Sequence record: ON287372.1
DNA: 64,000 nucleotides
Reading direction: 5' to 3' (one strand)
The translations under genes were made by a program, and so were the position numbers. Below, piece by piece: positions 56,375-64,000 of this stretch. The number at the start of each line of letters is the position of its first letter. Position 1 is the first letter of the stretch. Under the pieces are notes generated by a model. It was not told the DNA's origin. It saw only the letters and a list, made by a program, of their open reading frames with translations, and ran no database searches.

Positions 56375-57433
56375 TTAAAAGACTCTGTTGTCTTTGAAGT
56401 ATTTAGCCGCGCCACCGGTGACGAGCATGTTGATGAAAATGATTAGAACAATCCACCAAATAGGTGGTGAGTAGTTACTGGCCATATACTCGAATTCAGC
56501 ATTTGGCTTACGAACGTACTCAGTAACGATCTGTTCAAACTGTTGGTGTACCAAGTCGTAACCTAAACGATTGTTACGAGCCAACCCCTCCAAGTCAGTA
56601 ATCAATCTACGATTACCTTCCCCGTCAGCGAATGTCTCCGCCTCGAACCATTCGATCTCATTATTATTCCCGATACCGTAAACTAATACGACGTCGTTTT
56701 TACGAACCCCTTTCCAGTGACTACGGAGAGCCTTCCAGTAGTCAGGGCCATTTTCGGTAATAACTAGAATGACGTTCAGTTGTTTCTTTGCACCGTACTC
56801 AATCAACATCCGATTGAGGTAGTTGTTCAAATAACCGAATGACATTGAGGTTGTATTAACGATACGGTTATACCGGTAATAATCCTCGGTCTTAGGGTAA
56901 TCTGGCAACTTACCTTTGTACTTAAGCTCGGTCGCTTCCTCAGCCTTATAACGCGCATCGTCGATTAACGTATAGTTGGTGACGGATTCTACCTTTGCAG
57001 CAGGCTCACCAATCTTAGCCGCTAGCCAACGAGGCGGGGTACGAAATCCCTGATCATCCAGTCGCTTTATTTCAAACTTACCGACTGTAGTGTAAACGTT
57101 GTAATCCCAGTCGTTATCGTGCTCATCGCAATAGACTGGAGTACAGCTTCGATCTTTACCGGTACCTGAGCATATTTCGTCGCACTTGTATTGATGTTCG
57201 CATGAAACTTCCACACGCTTCTTATCAGTAACTACACCGTTTAGGATATTGAAATCAGATGTCTTGTATAACTGACTGACAGACAATGCTGCAGTCGCTA
57301 TAGCAGTTGAGACAACAAGACATCCTAGTTGAACTAGAAACTCCTTCCCGGTGATTTGACGAGGAAAGAGGTACTTGGTTCCCAGAATAATTAATAAACC
57401 AGGAAAGAAGATAAGGACTGAGTAATAACCCAT
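56375..57433 (-). CDS. Membrane protein with large periplasmic domain (TPM-like C-terminal part)
   Basis: Two N-terminal TMs, Cys-rich segment, one C-terminal TM. Confidence 0.7.
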   Translation of the reverse strand: MGYYSVLIFFPGLLIILGTKYLFPRQITGKEFLVQLGCLVVSTAIATAALSVSQLYKTSDFNILNGVVTDKKRVEVSCEHQYKCDEICSGTGKDRSCTPVYCDEHDNDWDYNVYTTVGKFEIKRLDDQGFRTPPRWLAAKIGEPAAKVESVTNYTLIDDARYKAEEATELKYKGKLPDYPKTEDYYRYNRIVNTTSMSFGYLNNYLNRMLIEYGAKKQLNVILVITENGPDYWKALRSHWKGVRKNDVVLVYGIGNNNEIEWFEAETFADGEGNRRLITDLEGLARNNRLGYDLVHQQFEQIVTEYVRKPNAEFEYMASNYSPPIWWIVLIIFINMLVTGGAAKYFKDNRVF

Positions 57434-57494
57434 GATTAAACGCCCTGTAAGCGATTGTGAATAGAGTAGGGCAAATGCCCTACTCGTTTGTTGT

Positions 57495-57950
57495 TTAAGA
57501 ACGATAGTCGTGCAGATCGATTTCTACGAGCGTATCTTCCATCGCCTTATGAACGATGTCGAAGACTTCTTTTCGGTTCAAACCACCATGCCCGCATCCG
57601 GGATATGGAATAGCCAACTCATCGATTTCGAATTGCTCACAACGCTCAGCTAACGCAGTAAAGATCCGCGTTACCCAAGTAATATCTGATTTATCCTTCC
57701 AATGGTTTTTGGTTGCCATCAGAAGAATCTTTTTACCTGACCCATCCGTAGTTGGCATCAAGAGTAAACTACCAGGGAAGAACTTTCCCTTTTGACAAAG
57801 CGACCGATAACGCTCGTATTGTTCAGGGTATCGCTCTTTCCATTCTTTAGCATTCCCTGCGCCCGCTACGCCGACGCAGTTCACGGTTACTCCGATTATT
57901 TCACGTTCACTTTCAAATACGTTGGACTTCAACACCCTTACGATTGCCAT
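57495..57950 (-). CDS. Macro-domain protein (DarG/TARG1-like ADP-ribose glycohydrolase)
   Basis: [33 protein letters not shown]; start MAIVRV at 57950. Confidence 0.8.
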
Positions 57951-58404
57951 TATTATCCCCCGTGCCAGAAGTCCATTGAAGACTTTCGTCACTAACTAAT
58001 CGTTGTTCATACGCCTGGAAGTTATCCAGCGTAACGATTTCTTTCTCAAGACACTTACGGTAGAAGATAACGCTTCTGCTATCCCAAGGGAAACAGAATA
58101 CACGACGACCTTCTCCCGCTTTAATTAACCGCTGAACTAATTCATAACCGATACCCATCCCACGTAACCAAGTCTTTACGTAGAGCATCAGTTTATAACC
58201 CGCCTCTGGGCTCTTTTTAGTAATGCAGCCGAGAGCACAACATTTACCGTTAGCGTAAACTAACACGCCTTTGAAGGTATACCCAGGTTCATCAGCAGCG
58301 CTTCTGATAGTACGCATCATAATCCCACGTGGAAGATGCAGGCTGTTTTCCGATGCCTGAATAAAGAATTGGTTAGCATCATTGCATTCAACGTAATCAA
58401 ACAT
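57913..58404 (-). CDS. GNAT-family acetyltransferase
   Basis: [16 protein letters not shown]; [10 protein letters not shown]; start MFDYVE at 58404 with AAGGA RBS. Confidence 0.75.
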
Positions 58405-58405
58405 A

Positions 58406-58837
58406 TTAGTTCCTTGGGTATAATTCTTCGTAGGAGACATCAATTTTATCGAGAGGGAAGACAGCCGGATTATCTACGTGAGCAGAAAGATCGCTAGCAA
58501 TGGAGAATTTAATTCCCTGACTAGTTAATGCCGGGATAATTACATCCAGCATGAATTGACATTTAATGGCACGAGACAAATTACCTTCAATAGCCAAAAC
58601 CATATCTCCATTCTTTAAACCAGTCACAGGTTCTGACTTGCTCACGATCTTAACGTTAATCTCTTTGAGCAGTCCGCGTTTAATCTCATCCATGACAATC
58701 AACGCACGCTCCAGCGAAATAGCGTTAACTTTAGGATCATTGACGAGCAATCCGTACTTATGCTTAATAAATTGCAATACTGAAGTTTTACCAGAACCTA
58801 CTCTACCCAATAGTTTAAGCTTGATGCAATCAGTCAT
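58406..58837 (-). CDS. Small P-loop-containing protein
   Basis: Walker A GRVGSGKT. Confidence 0.6.
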   Translation of the reverse strand: MTDCIKLKLLGRVGSGKTSVLQFIKHKYGLLVNDPKVNAISLERALIVMDEIKRGLLKEINVKIVSKSEPVTGLKNGDMVLAIEGNLSRAIKCQFMLDVIIPALTSQGIKFSIASDLSAHVDNPAVFPLDKIDVSYEELYPRN

Positions 58838-58863
58838 GTTATTTCTCCTAAAACAAAATAGAT

Positions 58864-58884
58864 CGGAGGGGAAAATCCCCTCCG
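58864..58884 (-). terminator. Intrinsic terminator
   Basis: CGGAGGGGA/TCCCCTCCG stem then ATCTATTTTG. Confidence 0.7.
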
Positions 58885-58892
58885 CCTATGAT

Positions 58893-60410
58893 TCAAATGA
58901 CGCCAGGTAAATGCTCTGTCCTAACCTTCGTTACACGATTGCTGAACAGCCTTTCCTTACTTTTGGCATAGTCGATGTGCTTCTGAATATCCAAGCAGAC
59001 GAAGTAGTGGAAGACTTGCGCGAACTTCTTATCTCCCTTAAGTTCACGTAAACGACCCAGCGCCTGAACGTTAGCGTTCGGAGAATCAATTGCCACAGTC
59101 ATAATCGCCTGAGTCAAGTCAGGGATGTCAACCGCAGTACCCGATTTACCGATCGTAGAGACAATAACATCAGAGTCGATAAGAATCTGATAATCGTCCC
59201 CAGCCGTATAACTGTTGATGATCAAGTCAGGCATCCTCGCCTGGAACAGATCTCGTACCTTCTGACACAACTCAATCGTGGCAGCAAATACCAACAGCTT
59301 ATGCCCTTCCTCTCTCGTAAGTACCCATTGATTCAAGGTGTACTTATAGATTGCTTCGATGTAATTCTTTTCTCGTTCCTGGTCTTTCATGATCCACGCT
59401 TCATAAGCCGTGTGGGAATAACTCCCCTGACCACCATTAAACCTGACCTTAGACGGATCCTTAAGTCTGTACAGAACACGCACTGACTCAACATATACGT
59501 TTAGCTTACCGCCCTCTTTACGGAACTTACGAGGCAGCAACATCTCGTACATTCTCTGCATGAAGTCCTGGTTAGAGAACAGCGTAGCAGAGAGATACAT
59601 GGTCTTTGGAACGTGAGAGAACAAATCGATGATGAAGTTAGCATGGAAGTCCTTGTGAACCTCATCGGTGATGCGCAACCCAACACCCAGTACTTCCCAG
59701 ATGTCTTTAGGATCGATATCCTCGCAACCGCTACCAACTACCTTACCGTTTTTGTAATTCTTAAAGAAATCACGCAACGTGGCAGTGGATAGGAAAATGG
59801 CTTTAACATTAGGGATCCCAGTTTCTTTTACTTCCCGTAAAAGTTTGTACAGTTTAGTACACCCGCAGCAGGATCGAACTTCCTCGGGCTGAAGTCCTAA
59901 CAACCGATAGAACTCAGGAACCCAACGATCCTCGTAGCCGCCTAATGTAACAACTGCAAAGCGCATTCCGAGTTTAGCTGTAACGTAAAGAGAACAAAGT
60001 GTCTTACCGAAACCAGCTTGAGCGGTGATAACTTTCTGCTTACCCTCACTCATGCCAAATTCGATAATAGGGACTTGCTCTTCCCACGGTGTTGCATCGA
60101 TCTCGAAATCAAACCTAACTGGTTCGTACATGGGAACAACTTCGATTTCAAAGGAGTCTTCCGTGAACCCCTCGTACATCGCCTTTTGATAGAAATCTTC
60201 CCAGAAGTTATCATGGAAACAGATCTCTTCCCTCTCCAAGTCACGACGAGCATAAATCCTTTTCTGCTCCTGGACGAAACGTCCTCGCTTCTTAGTGAGG
60301 TTACTCTCGATAAGCGTTTCGGCCATAGACCTACGATATCCGCGGGCCTTAGCTGTAATCGCAGTCACCGCAAAGTAATGACTGTATCGAGTGATTCTAA
60401 ACTCTACCAT
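58893..60410 (-). CDS. SF2 DExH helicase (phiKZ gp75/UvsW-like)
   Basis: AQAGFGKT, ITDEVH, LSAT, QALGRLR. Confidence 0.88.
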   Translation of the reverse strand: MVEFRITRYSHYFAVTAITAKARGYRRSMAETLIESNLTKKRGRFVQEQKRIYARRDLEREEICFHDNFWEDFYQKAMYEGFTEDSFEIEVVPMYEPVRFDFEIDATPWEEQVPIIEFGMSEGKQKVITAQAGFGKTLCSLYVTAKLGMRFAVVTLGGYEDRWVPEFYRLLGLQPEEVRSCCGCTKLYKLLREVKETGIPNVKAIFLSTATLRDFFKNYKNGKVVGSGCEDIDPKDIWEVLGVGLRITDEVHKDFHANFIIDLFSHVPKTMYLSATLFSNQDFMQRMYEMLLPRKFRKEGGKLNVYVESVRVLYRLKDPSKVRFNGGQGSYSHTAYEAWIMKDQEREKNYIEAIYKYTLNQWVLTREEGHKLLVFAATIELCQKVRDLFQARMPDLIINSYTAGDDYQILIDSDVIVSTIGKSGTAVDIPDLTQAIMTVAIDSPNANVQALGRLRELKGDKKFAQVFHYFVCLDIQKHIDYAKSKERLFSNRVTKVRTEHLPGVI

Positions 60411-60506
60411 AACAGTCCTCGTAGATTATATCGCTCCATAACTAGAGGTGGATACGTGCTTTCTTAAATACGTCTCCTTTAATTAATCAAACAAAAAATA
60501 AAGAAA

Positions 60507-60525
60507 GGAGGGGACGAACCCCTCC
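60507..60525 (-). terminator. Intrinsic terminator
   Basis: GGAGGGG/CCCCTCC stem then TTTCTTTATTTTTT. Confidence 0.7.
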
Positions 60526-60537
60526 GATCTATTTTAC

Positions 60538-60600
60538 TTAAGCCTTGATCGCAGTACCTTCACGCTGGTGCTTCCTGCGCCAGAATTCCACATCCACTAA
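60538..60600 (-). pseudogene. Orphaned duplicate of the last 20 codons of the RNAP beta' gene
   Basis: Translates LVDVEFWRRKHQREGTAIKA*, versus LVDVEYWRKKHKREGTEIKA* at 61397-61459. Confidence 0.85.
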
Positions 60601-61394
60601 CTAGCAGAATAGGAATCATAACTGTCGGAATTTTTAATCGCCCATACCTCAGCAATTTCAATCCCATGCCAGTCGGCGATATCTCCAATATCCATGAACC
60701 AAAGGTCGTCTTTCACAGCGTTATAAATGGCAGCACTCACGCCACCAATTTTAACTTTGCTATCGACATAACCCTTCTCAATCGATTCAGAAACACCCAT
60801 GTTTCGTTTACGGGTACGCATGTAGAAAGAATGCGTGTGGACCCTGTACCTTTCAGATACCTCCACATTGCTCAATTTCTCTCCGGTATGCGGATCCTCA
60901 GTAATGACGTTTCGTCCCATGTTACGCATCTGATTACGATGAGTTATCCAACGCAGATTTCCAGGCTCGTAATTACCGTCGTTATCTATTCGATCAAGTT
61001 CCATTTTATCACTATAGCCTTCAGGTATCCCAGCAAGGAAACCTTCAAAGGTGGAGAAAGAAGGATGATAACCTACCCCTCTTCCGCCATAACGATGATA
61101 CTTTTTGTTCTTAGGAGAATCGCAACGGTTACGCATGTTCCAGTAAATGCTGTAAAGTCGCGACCCCTCCATTCCATGGGTTATGTTCGCTTCTCTCGCC
61201 CGGTCTTTTGCATAACAGCCGCAGGATTGAGTTTTTCCTGTACCGAGTCTCCTTTGAACTACGATTGTCATTTTACCGCAATCGCACCGACAGTTCCATT
61301 TAGCGTTACAACCGGCATCCCTGCCCCAAAATGAAACTACAGTAAGGCGACCGATATGGTCGCCTGGTTTAATGAAATACTTCTGTACTCCCAT
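60597..61394 (-). mobile_element. Free-standing HNH homing endonuclease
   Basis: ELDRIDNDGNYEPGNLRWITHRNQMRN; N-terminal WNCRCDCG...QSCGC module. Confidence 0.9.
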
Positions 61395-61396
61395 AG

Positions 61397-63388
61397 TTAG
61401 GCCTTAATTTCGGTACCCTCACGTTTATGCTTTTTACGCCAATATTCAACGTCTACAAGCAAGAAATCAAATGGATGCGATGGCCTGCATGGGTTGGTGT
61501 AACTGCTAGCCGACTGCAACATCTCGTACTGTTGTTCGTACGAAGACTTAACAGACAGACTACGACCATTCATGATCGAGGCTTTAGAGTCGAACCAACG
61601 ACCCGTTCCTTTCTTAGGCAGGCGATAGTCGCCATTCGCCGGATCACGCGACATCATCGCGTACAGAACCATTTCAACGATCGCCAAGTTAACCGAGAAC
61701 TTACGGTTAGTCATTTCACAAATGTCCTTCATGGCCATGGACAGAATATCCGGGTCAGTCAGGTCATAACGAAGCTTGGCTTTAGACTCTTTGGTGGACA
61801 TGAACAGAGTAGACTTCAGTTCAGCCATCAGTTCCAGAGTAGATTGGTGACGTTCCGGGAACCGAAGCAGAGATTCGGTGTTATCCCAGTTAGTCATGTC
61901 AATCTTGATCTTCTTACCCAGAGTATCGTAACCATAATCCAGCATGTGCTTCACTACCGCTTCCGTTAAGAACGGACGATACGAGCCATGAGATGTAGGA
62001 ACGATTACCGTGGTGATAGAACGATCTTCATCGTCGTTATGGATCAACAACGTCAAACTACGAATAACCGAGAAGCGAGCCAGTTCAGCATTGCTCAGGT
62101 TTTTCATTACGGTGATGTCAGACAGACGCGGGATATCAGCCAAGTCGATTTCGATCTCGACCTTCTTCTCCCACACCCCAGTCGAGAACATGATCTCGGA
62201 GATGTCACCGGCGTTAACCAGATACTCCGAATAGAACGGATCAACTTCAAAGCCTTCACTGGTCGCGGAGATCAGCAAGTGCTTCGTTGAGATTACGTCC
62301 TGAGATACACGTTCGTTCTGCGTTACAGTACACGCATGACCGAGGTTAGTCCCACGCTGAATAGACTCACCGATATCACCCATGCAGGTGCTACAGATGA
62401 CACCGTCATCAGGATGCCAACAGCTGGCTACGTTACGGAGCTGGATGATCTTACCGCGCAAATGACGATCGCTTGGTTTAATCATCTTCAGCGTACCATC
62501 TTCCGCCAAATACCGCTTCCCTGGCAGAATGGTATCGAGTTCATCAGCTTCTACAAGCCAAGGAACCGTTTCCGTAGAACCACAATCACCAACCCAGATG
62601 CTTTTCACCACGAACGTAAAGAGCTGCAGCTCGCGGTTATAGTACTCGGTTTGTTTAACCGGGTCATCGGTCGCTTGCATCGCTTTGGATGCATCACGAC
62701 TACACATCAGATAGTGAGAGAGCTGGTGTAACCCACGAGAGAACCCTGAGCTGACCATTGTTGGGAAGATTGTCTGATCGATCTCAGAACAGAATCCTCG
62801 GGCTCCAACAACCTGGTCAAACTGAGCGATCTTAATCTGCTTGTTTCGGTTTGCAGCCACCATCGGGTTGAAGCGGAGTTCAGCTTTCTCCATCAGTACC
62901 TTATTGATACGTGAATAGAGTTCGTTGATCCCCGCCTTGGTGTGCCGCATATCGCTAAGCGCCTTTGCAATATCCGGATCCCTGTGGATTTGCAAAAGCG
63001 ACAAAGCATCAGCAGAGTTTTGATAACGCTCACCTTGGGAAGAAAAGGCATTGTGCAACATATTCGATAAACGATATGCTGTTGCCTGCAGCTCCTCCCG
63101 ATCGGTTTCCGGATGAACCTGAAGAACCGAATTCATCCCGCGATTTCGCAGTTTGTCTTCGATCCCTGGCTCCAAACGTTCATCCCAAAGGAAGTGTTTC
63201 AGTTCCAATGGGACATCGTTATATTCCCGATGATACTGCCAGAAATACCAGGATACGAGAACCTGTTCCCAAAACGTCGGGATTTCACCATCGTCAAAGA
63301 CAATGATGAACTGCTCCATGTCATCTGCGCGTGCCCAGATTTCACGTTCGCTCCAGTTTACTAATTCGCGTGCGTAACGAGTTCTCAC
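61397..63388 (-). CDS. Non-virion RNA polymerase beta'-like subunit, C-terminal part (phiKZ gp74-like)
   Basis: QVVGARGF, DCGS, LRNVASC...ICSTCMG Zn site, SQDVISTKH. Confidence 0.85.
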   Translation of the reverse strand: MRTRYARELVNWSEREIWARADDMEQFIIVFDDGEIPTFWEQVLVSWYFWQYHREYNDVPLELKHFLWDERLEPGIEDKLRNRGMNSVLQVHPETDREELQATAYRLSNMLHNAFSSQGERYQNSADALSLLQIHRDPDIAKALSDMRHTKAGINELYSRINKVLMEKAELRFNPMVAANRNKQIKIAQFDQVVGARGFCSEIDQTIFPTMVSSGFSRGLHQLSHYLMCSRDASKAMQATDDPVKQTEYYNRELQLFTFVVKSIWVGDCGSTETVPWLVEADELDTILPGKRYLAEDGTLKMIKPSDRHLRGKIIQLRNVASCWHPDDGVICSTCMGDIGESIQRGTNLGHACTVTQNERVSQDVISTKHLLISATSEGFEVDPFYSEYLVNAGDISEIMFSTGVWEKKVEIEIDLADIPRLSDITVMKNLSNAELARFSVIRSLTLLIHNDDEDRSITTVIVPTSHGSYRPFLTEAVVKHMLDYGYDTLGKKIKIDMTNWDNTESLLRFPERHQSTLELMAELKSTLFMSTKESKAKLRYDLTDPDILSMAMKDICEMTNRKFSVNLAIVEMVLYAMMSRDPANGDYRLPKKGTGRWFDSKASIMNGRSLSVKSSYEQQYEMLQSASSYTNPCRPSHPFDFLLVDVEYWRKKHKREGTEIKA

Positions 63389-64000
63389 TCTTCTTCACCT
63401 TCATCGTCGTAGTCAGCTTCAGGTTCCATGTATTCTTCTTCATCGTCTTCTTCATCCGTAGAGACGTCTTCTAACATCCGAGCCAGAGAACTGACTTTAG
63501 GACGGTTGATTGGATCAGGATACTTACGAAGCATCTCGATTTCCAGATCCGATGCAGTATCGACTTCAGCATATGCGAACTGCGCGCCGTTACAATACAT
63601 CGCATTGTTCAGATAACTCAGAGACAACGAGTTACCGACTGGAATCTTCTGACGATTGATAGTGAAGGTCAAGTTAGTTGGCGTTTCACTTTCAATGACC
63701 TGTTTCCAGATTGCTTCCTGCGCTTTCGGGTTGTTAGCGCGATCCAACATATCAGCAGCCCAGTCACCACCCAGGATACCTGAGTAGTTACGGATCTCTG
63801 CTTCACCGAAGAATCGGAGCGGAGACTGACGATATGGCAAGTTGTGTTTATCACGAGCACTCACCTTAGTTGGAACACCATGCACCTGACGTTTAGGTAC
63901 ATCCACCGCAGACCAGTCGTGGCCAGTTTTCTCGAGCACCATCATGTAGACGTCACCGATCATTACCGGATCCATACTGACTTCTTCACGACCCAGATCA
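63385..64000 (-). CDS. Non-virion RNA polymerase beta-like subunit, C-terminal part (partial)
   Basis: IGDVYMMVLEK and PLRFFGEAE match beta C-terminal motifs; frame stays open to 64000. Confidence 0.85.
   Translation of the reverse strand, partial: DLGREEVSMDPVMIGDVYMMVLEKTGHDWSAVDVPKRQVHGVPTKVSARDKHNLPYRQSPLRFFGEAEIRNYSGILGGDWAADMLDRANNPKAQEAIWKQVIESETPTNLTFTINRQKIPVGNSLSLSYLNNAMYCNGAQFAYAEVDTASDLEIEMLRKYPDPINRPKVSSLARMLEDVSTDEEDDEEEYMEPEADYDDEGEEE

Noticed and set aside
60597-61394. Group I intron around the HNH
   Set aside because: No intron core or flanking structured sequence; the upstream gene has its own complete end and stop codon.
26519-63388. Inteins in the polymerase, helicases or RNAP subunits
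   Set aside because: No C/S...HN-C/S/T splice junctions or unexplained insertions seen.
1-64000. CRISPR array, rRNA, integrase or transposase
   Set aside because: No regularly spaced repeat-spacer units or such motifs; the repeated hairpins are dispersed terminators.
1-64000. Naming the phage species or host
   Set aside because: Cannot be established without a database search.

Overview
This window is a 64-kb segment of a phiKZ-like (Chimalliviridae-type) jumbo myophage genome, read mostly on the minus strand. 1.9-26.4 kb is the conserved virion block: baseplate/neck-type genes, a tandem array of inner-head paralogs with S/A/G-X-E prohead-protease motifs, and a HExxH metallopeptidase-like virion protein. 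26.5-34.4 kb holds one half of a split family-B DNA polymerase, a likely tail-assembly chaperone pair and a virion RNAP beta'-like subunit. 34.4-58.9 kb is an accessory/early region with a GIY-YIG and an HNH endonuclease, an SF2 helicase, GNATs, SLOG, macro-domain and LemA-like genes, many orphans and a ~2.4-kb island of atypical tRNA-like and structured RNAs. 58.9-64 kb holds an SF2 helicase, an HNH gene and non-virion RNAP beta' and beta (partial) subunits. Strongest second-look items: (1) two apparently paralogous tRNA-ended ncRNAs sharing a covarying non-tRNA core; (2) a U UUU UUU -1 frameshift signature joining two ORFs, as in tail-chaperone G/GT pairs; (3) an HNH gene flanked by a synonymously recoded duplicate of the last 20 codons of the RNAP beta' gene; (4) a tRNA with a Ser anticodon on an Arg-identity body; (5) two paralogous Cys-His-Asp orphan enzymes. 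phiKZ gene-number equivalences come from recalled synteny and motifs, not from a database search.
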